Assembly: GCA_964036045.1 (NCBI GenBank)
Contig: OZ038378.1
Location: 20,956,001 to 21,020,000, forward strand
Reading direction: 5' to 3'
DNA: 64,000 nt
Source of the DNA: Eutreptiella sp. 'Long Island Sound 2002'
Lineage: Eukaryota; Protista; Euglenida
Part shown: positions 57,752 to 64,000 of the stretch, in pieces
How the letters are laid out: the number at the start of each line of letters is the position of its first letter
How positions within the stretch are numbered: the first letter of the stretch is position 1
The notes under the pieces: model-generated
Told to the model about the DNA's origin: nothing
Database searches by the model: none
What the model saw: only the letters and a program-made list of their open reading frames with translations
Translations under genes and position numbers: made by a program

Positions 57752-60700
57752 AGGGGTCCCGGGACCCTTGGTACCCGCAGTGGCCCAAGTGCTCGTTTCG
57801 TAAGGCATGGCTCATCAGTGCTCTGGATGGCATTAGTGACTGCGCGGCGCACCGTTTTCTGAGCGAGGGCACAGACCCTGCCTACTGCCCTGCGACGACA
57901 TGTGAGCCCTCAGGTGTGCACGAAGCTAAGCACACACACACCCTCGCGAGCGCAGAATGTGCCCACACATCCGAGAGTGGGGCGGTGGGTTTTGGGGGTC
58001 CATGTGGTGTATGTGCAAACTGAGCAATTCGTGAATGCCATCCACTGGTCAACACACCTCCACATCACCACATCACCACGGCAGTCCTCTGTGCAACCAA
58101 AATAAGAGCCTCTCTGTGTGTGTGTGTGTGTGTGTGTTATAGGCGCGCGCACACGTACACACCTTGTGTGCGCGCAGCCACCACCACCTGGGCTAAGGGC
58201 AGCAAGGGTCAGGACAGGGGAAAGTGAGGTCGTGCCCAACTACACTTTGGGTTTGGGGAATATGCCTCGGCCGAGGTCCAATGGCAAACAAAGTGGCTTC
58301 AACAGTACGGGAATTGGCTTGCAACGGCATGCAATCTGAGTATTGCAACGCCGTCACGTGCCTATGTGTGTTTTCCCGTGATTTTACACTGGCAACGGGG
58401 GTGTTGACGAAGAAAAACTAGGCACGCAAGACCGTGGTTCTTGCGTGTGCAAACGGCCTATTTGTGCGTTCCATGCCATGCGTGTGGGTGGGACACATCT
58501 CAGAGCCCTGCGAAAAGCTGATTTGGAGGGATAATTGATCGGTGTGCAGTTGTTGGCGATTTCTTCTTTGTTATGTCACGTGCAAAACGCTTATTTTGGC
58601 GTTCCCGTTTGAAAGTAAGATGAACGCAAAAGTCTTAGTTTCAAAGGGGGGGGGAATAGGCCTTTTGCACATGCACAATTGAGGAAGTTACCCACAATGG
58701 CACAGCAATTCGGATCACCCCTGCAAATCAATGTTGCACAGGGTCCTGAGATGTGTCCCACCCACGCACATGGCCATTGCTGTTCAAAGGTGCGAATTCG
58801 TTGGTGTAAGTGGTTTTAGGACATTCTGCACCCAGACACTACTGTCCGAATTTCCCCCAATTCTTGTTGCACTTTGGCATATGAATGAATTGTTTGCTTA
58901 AGAACGCCCTCTCCGCAGTCACACACACCACACACCGTGCTCGCACACGCACCATAAACCCCACACACCATACGCAGCGTGCGCCCCACACAGCATGCGC
59001 ACAACACACAGCACGTACACCACCTACAACGCACACACCACACATCACCCACAACACCCACACCGCACGCGCCATGCACACATGGATTTGCAGTCCCGCA
59101 AATGGTGTGGAGCCATGCATGGGTTTGCTGAGCGTGTGCTTAGGCGCCAAAGGAGCCCTCGAAACCTTCGTGATCCTCATATACCCTCCATATCGCAGCT
59201 GTAGCCTTCAGCCTTGTTCCGATGTGGGGTTTGCGGGCAGCCCTTACGATCACCCACCTTCTTCACAGGCCACGGCATCGTCAATGTCGCCGTTGGTGCA
59301 TCCAGCTCTGCCCCCTCCAGAACGATCACTGTTGGCCCCCACATTGTGTCGTGTCCGGCCGTGTGCAACCGCGACTGTCGCACGAATGGTGACTACCCGG
59401 AGGCTGGGGACACCTTCTCCATCAACCTTCAGACTTTGCAGCTCACAGTTGCAAGAACGGACGCCAATCTCCCATGGGGCTTGGATCTCCGCATCCCTTG
59501 CGCGACCACAGGTGTGCACTGCCAAATGCACGGATACATGTTGCTGCTGGACCCTGTGGCGGAATCTTTTCTGCGGGTAACGCGCCACAAAAGTTTTGCA
59601 TGTCCTTGCCGGCACACAGCTGCCGTGTTTGGTCTGCGGGTTCTCGCAGTCCCTGCCTTCATGTACTTGTGTGCACGCGTGCGCTTGTATGCGTGCATGC
59701 GAGAGTGCGTGTCCTGTGTGCACTCATTTGTGTGTTTGGGCTCTGATTTGCCTGCACTTCTGGTGCTGCCAGGATCTTAGTGAATGAGGGCTCTGGCTCT
59801 CGGGGCTCAACGCATGCGGAGGCCCCAGGTGCCTGCTCGCCGTAAGCTCTGATGGCAGGGTACTTGGTATGGTCTGCGGTGGGAGCACTGCCATGGTTGT
59901 GGGAAATGTGGTGACTGCCAGCGTTGGGCCTGCCACGCAAAAAGCACTTTGGGGCCTCAGCCTTACCTGCCAGGAACGCACGGTCGGGGGTTAGTTTCCG
60001 GCATAGAAAAATGGTCGCAAAACATCAAACATTACATTACAAAACGCAGGTTGGAAAACGGATCTCGGACCAGCAGAACACAGAATGCAACGGCGTTGGG
60101 CCAGCACAACAAACATTCTGAACCGTGTTTGAACAGCGTAGGACGGCCTGAGGAACAGCGCGCATAGCGTGGCTGGTCCCGACGTATCAAGCACCGGGCC
60201 AAAAGCACTGCACGAAATTGTCTGTTTTGGTGCAGCATGTGACCGTGCTTCACGCACTTTAGGCCCTTCCAGTGTTGTGGCTCCAACCAATCATCCATCG
60301 TTGCATTGGGCAGACAATAGGGAAAAGCGGTGGTAGTGCGAGATTTGGTGCCGGCCGTAAAGACGCATTTTCGAACACGCCAGTACGGCCATGTCCGCAG
60401 TTCAGTTGCATACTCAGCTCTCGTGCAGGATTGGGGAAGTCGTCCACACAAGTTCCGAGGTGCCCGAGGGCACAACCCCCCGCCTTTTCTCCGGTTGGGG
60501 GGCTGGGGGGGGGGCAAACAATTCCTCAGGGTTGATGTTTCATTGGGAGTGGGTGTGCGCGGACGGTTGTGGAGACATGTTTGCACAGCGGGTGTGGCTC
60601 TAAGAAGGTGGATGCCATGCCAGGGGTTGGGACCTTTTATCCGTGCGTCCTTCAGCAAAACTCTGCCTATCGTCTCAGGGTCAAAATGACTACCTCTGCA

Positions 60701-61531
60701 CACCCGCATGTCCTCAGACCCCGGGTGCGACTCTGTGGACCTGGTCGTTGGCACGTCCGATAGCAGCACTGCAATAGTGGACGTCCCGTCGGATGTGACG
60801 TCCTGCATGTCGCCGTGTGACAAAACTTGCCGCACAAACACCGACTGGCCCGAGGCTGGGGACACGTTTGAGGTGACGCTTTCGGGTGGCAAGGCCACGG
60901 TCAGGAGGACGGATGCTTCGCTGGGGTGGGGAATGCAGCTGAAGATTCCATGCTGCCGAGCTGCCGGTCCAATCCTCTGCACCCCTGCATCCCTCTACCA
61001 TTGTCCATGCCCCTCCACAGCAGCCTGTAGCCCTCAACACCGATCCTTTGGACAATCCTTTGCAACCCTCTACAATAAAAAAGCCCGCCACAATCCTCCA
61101 CAATGCCCCACACCACTCTACAACCCTCTGTAACCCTTTCTACAGCACTCTGCAACCCTCTATGTCCTGCACATCGCTCCACACAGCCCACGGGATGCAC
61201 CCTAAAACCATCTCTACCCCTCCACACCCCTCCAAGCCCCTCCGTACCTCTCCACACCCCTCCACAACCCTCCAGCCTCTGCCATGCACGGCGTTCTTGA
61301 GCCTTATGCAGCTCTGTGGACAGCGTACATTTTGCATTTTTGTTGCTTTGTTGGTTTCCTCAGCACCGGTGCATTGTGTGGTCGGCCAGTGGGGATCGTG
61401 GAGCACCTGCACACAAACATGCGACGGTGGGATGCAGACACGGACGAGAGAGATCACTGTTGCAGCGGCGAATGGCGGTACAGCCTGTCCTCAGACGGAA
61501 GACACACAGACATGTAACACAGAGGCCTGCG
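57752..61531 (+). CDS. Modular extracellular protein, partial. Exons: 57752-57913 (tentative), 59269-59511, 60718-60966, 61364-61531 (TSP1)
   Basis: All are AG..GT-bounded phase 1-1 exons of 3n length. Two homologous domains carry C..C...CRTN.D.PEAGDTF...V.RTD...WG..L.IPC. The TSP1 exon reads HCVVGQWGSWSTCTQTCDGGMQTRTREIT...GGTACP..EDTQTCNTEAC. Confidence 0.75.
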
Positions 61532-63929
61532 GTATGCGCCCTTTGCAGAGGCTAACAGGGATATGACTTCCTGTTGCGACGCTGTCTCTTGGCGAAGGGT
61601 TCAGGACACATACCGGGCCTGCTGTTTGTCATTCGGGGGCGCTCGATGGCGCCTGACAGTATAGCCTGACAGACTTACACGAAGGTACATCGCGGAGGCT
61701 CCACCTTCAGGAAGAGACCCGAGGGATCACAGAAGGCAGCAGTGCAACCGGCACCACCGGAGTCCTCAACACCTCAACACCCGACGTGCAAGGGACAATA
61801 AGATACAACACTCTTACGAAAGTAGCCGCTATTGATACCATGATCATGCATTTTATGAATCTATGCTGTCACTCCTTTGGCCTACACACTGATTGCCTCC
61901 TCCGGCGCTTACAATTAGAAACCACAAAACGATGTTTGCTAGTGCCTAGCAGGACGGTGGCCATGAAACTTGCAATCCGCTCAGGGCTGTGTGACGACCC
62001 ACCTGCTGAAGCGGCCCGAGGGATCCCGGTGTTGGGGCTGCTGAGGATGGTAGCCTGAAGCCCCCCGCGCACCGGGGGAACACCGAGTTGTGGCCGCTAG
62101 TTTTGGCTGGCGTTCGAGGCGCGTTAACATTATTCGTGTTGTCTGCGCTCGGGGGGAAATGTTTGAAGTTCACCTGCAAACTTCGCATTCCCTCTTTTTG
62201 CACGAGTGATGTTTCTGCCCCCGCTGGTGTGTGCAAAGTTTGGGGGAGGGGGGGACAATGAGGCATACGTTCCACCGACCAATACAAAATAACATCTGTG
62301 CATTTATGGGGGGGCCTGCGCAGCCACCCATTTGTTCCAGAGTATTGCCAAGAGGGCTCGAAGTATCCCGAATACCACGACTCACACCTAACAAACACTG
62401 TCTCCATGCACCCCTCCCGGCGCCAGCGGGCCTTGTTTGCCAACAAAGCCCAAGGCCGTGAGGTTTGGAGGGTGCTTGCATGTGGGTTGTGAATCACCAG
62501 TGTTGCCCATCACAGGCGCGCTGCATGGTGCGGCTCTCGGCCACCACCCCATTGCGGTCTGCTCGCGCCCCTGCCGCATGTTATTGGAGCCAAACCCTCC
62601 CACTGGACACCTCTTTATCTCGTTGCCTCCACCGCCCCTGCCACAGTTTATTTTCCGTTGGGCCCCGTTCGCGTCACCACACATCCACTGCCTCGGTAGG
62701 GGACAATGAGCTGGGCCTTGAACCCTGCAATTGCTCTATTGGATCATTCTGCACCGCCATCACTGCTTACCACAATGGCCTACATGCCTGCCTGCCTGCC
62801 TGTCTGTCTGTCTTTGTTGGGAGGATGCTGGTACCAGGGACAAAGTTGGTTGAGCAAGAGTGCTTACAGCTGCCATGGCCACACAGATGAGAGGTTGCAT
62901 GCATATGCCCACCACAGTACTAAATGAAGAAGGCCCCAGCCAGAGCAGTATGGATCCCCACAAACAGACAGACACAGATGCACACGGGGACAATGAGAAG
63001 CACCAACATGTGGGGAGCTTAGGCGTTTCATCCAAGCACCATAATCAGCACCCACCACTGGAGGCCTTGGACAGCCAGGTTAGGAGCCACCCCTGTTGCA
63101 TGCACCCCAACCCTGCACAGCCTGAAGTCGGTGGTAGGGCCAATGTCAGGCAGAATAGGACGTTCCAATGTATTGGAAATCGGATTTGAGGGTAGCAAAA
63201 TCAAGGGCCATCTTTCCTAAGGCCCCGCAAACACTGCCGATGCACAAACCGAAGGGTGTTGCATGTACAAGACACAGGGCCGTCGCGAATTAAAGGACAA
63301 AAAAGGAATTATTGTGGCACCGCTGCCATCAGTTGCTACCAACTGCCATGGGCACACCATCCTCTCATCACCAGCACCTCAGCACTTGCATCTCGTCCCA
63401 GATCAATTTGGGTACTCTGCCTTGCCCTGCCCTGCCCTGCTTTGTTGCCTGTTTCAATCCATTCCACTCCCTGTTCAATGTTCTCACACAAGGGTCTCAG
63501 CCACCAGTTTTTATTCTGCACCAACATGGCCAGGGTGCCAAGGGGGGATGCGGGGTCCGTAAACTCAGTGATGCCGAACAAAAAAAGGGTGGTTTATCAA
63601 TTTCCATTCTACACAAATTATGGCGTTTTAGTCCCCCTCATGCAGTAGACTGTTTGTGTCCGTGGAGGGTTGTAGAGGGCCGTGGAGGGGTGTGGAGGTT
63701 TGTACAAGATGGATTGTGGGTCTCAGTAGCTACTGCCATTCTGCCTTAGCCAGCCATCAGGCAGGAACCACTGAGCCACATCGGTGCATCGTCATCCGGA
63801 GGTTGATGGGGAAGCCCAACAAACCCAGCGTGCCATGTCTTGGTAAAGATGCATCACTGATGCGGGTTCACTGGAGCTCTGGTGGTATGCTGAGAAGCGT
63901 CGCAGTGATTGAAAGCCACTCTGCAATTC

Positions 63930-64000
63930 TCCACACCTCTCCACACCTCTCCACGACCCTCCAGCCTCTGCCATGCACGGCGTTCTTGAGCCTTATGCAG
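63930..64000 (+). repeat. Duplicate of the intron end preceding the TSP1 exon (~61245-61311)
   Basis: ccctccagcctctgccatgcacggcgttcttgagccttatgcag is identical at both sites. Confidence 0.9.

Overview
Eukaryotic, repeat-rich genomic DNA with long GT-AG introns. A euglenozoan or other protist host is an inference, based on a Gag-YR-RT/RH retroelement and splice acceptors just upstream of start codons. From left to right: (1) 1-10.8 kb is a candidate large multi-gene DNA transposon. It has five co-oriented minus-strand ORFs, including a CMC/Transib (RAG1-like) DDE transposase and two ORFs sharing a Ulp1-like protease motif. The ORFs are separated by 149-bp tandem arrays and bracketed by direct ~140-156-bp repeats. 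(2) A young tyrosine-recombinase retrotransposon with split direct repeats (11267-16370) is inserted into a decayed NHL-repeat/BTB gene, at a site resembling its own circle junction. (3) Two MITEs with 3-bp TSDs and an internal tRNA-derived segment follow, along with other TE remnants. (4) A partial JMJD5/KDM8-like gene lies on the minus strand. (5) There is a ~6-kb nested inverted-repeat structure. (6) A complete 8-exon secreted GH5 exo-beta-1,3-glucanase-like gene spans 40960-54989. (7) A modular extracellular gene is built of phase-1 exons: two copies of an unnamed domain plus a TSP1 domain. No CRISPR array, rRNA or functional tRNA gene was found. All family calls are by eye from motifs; no database search was run.
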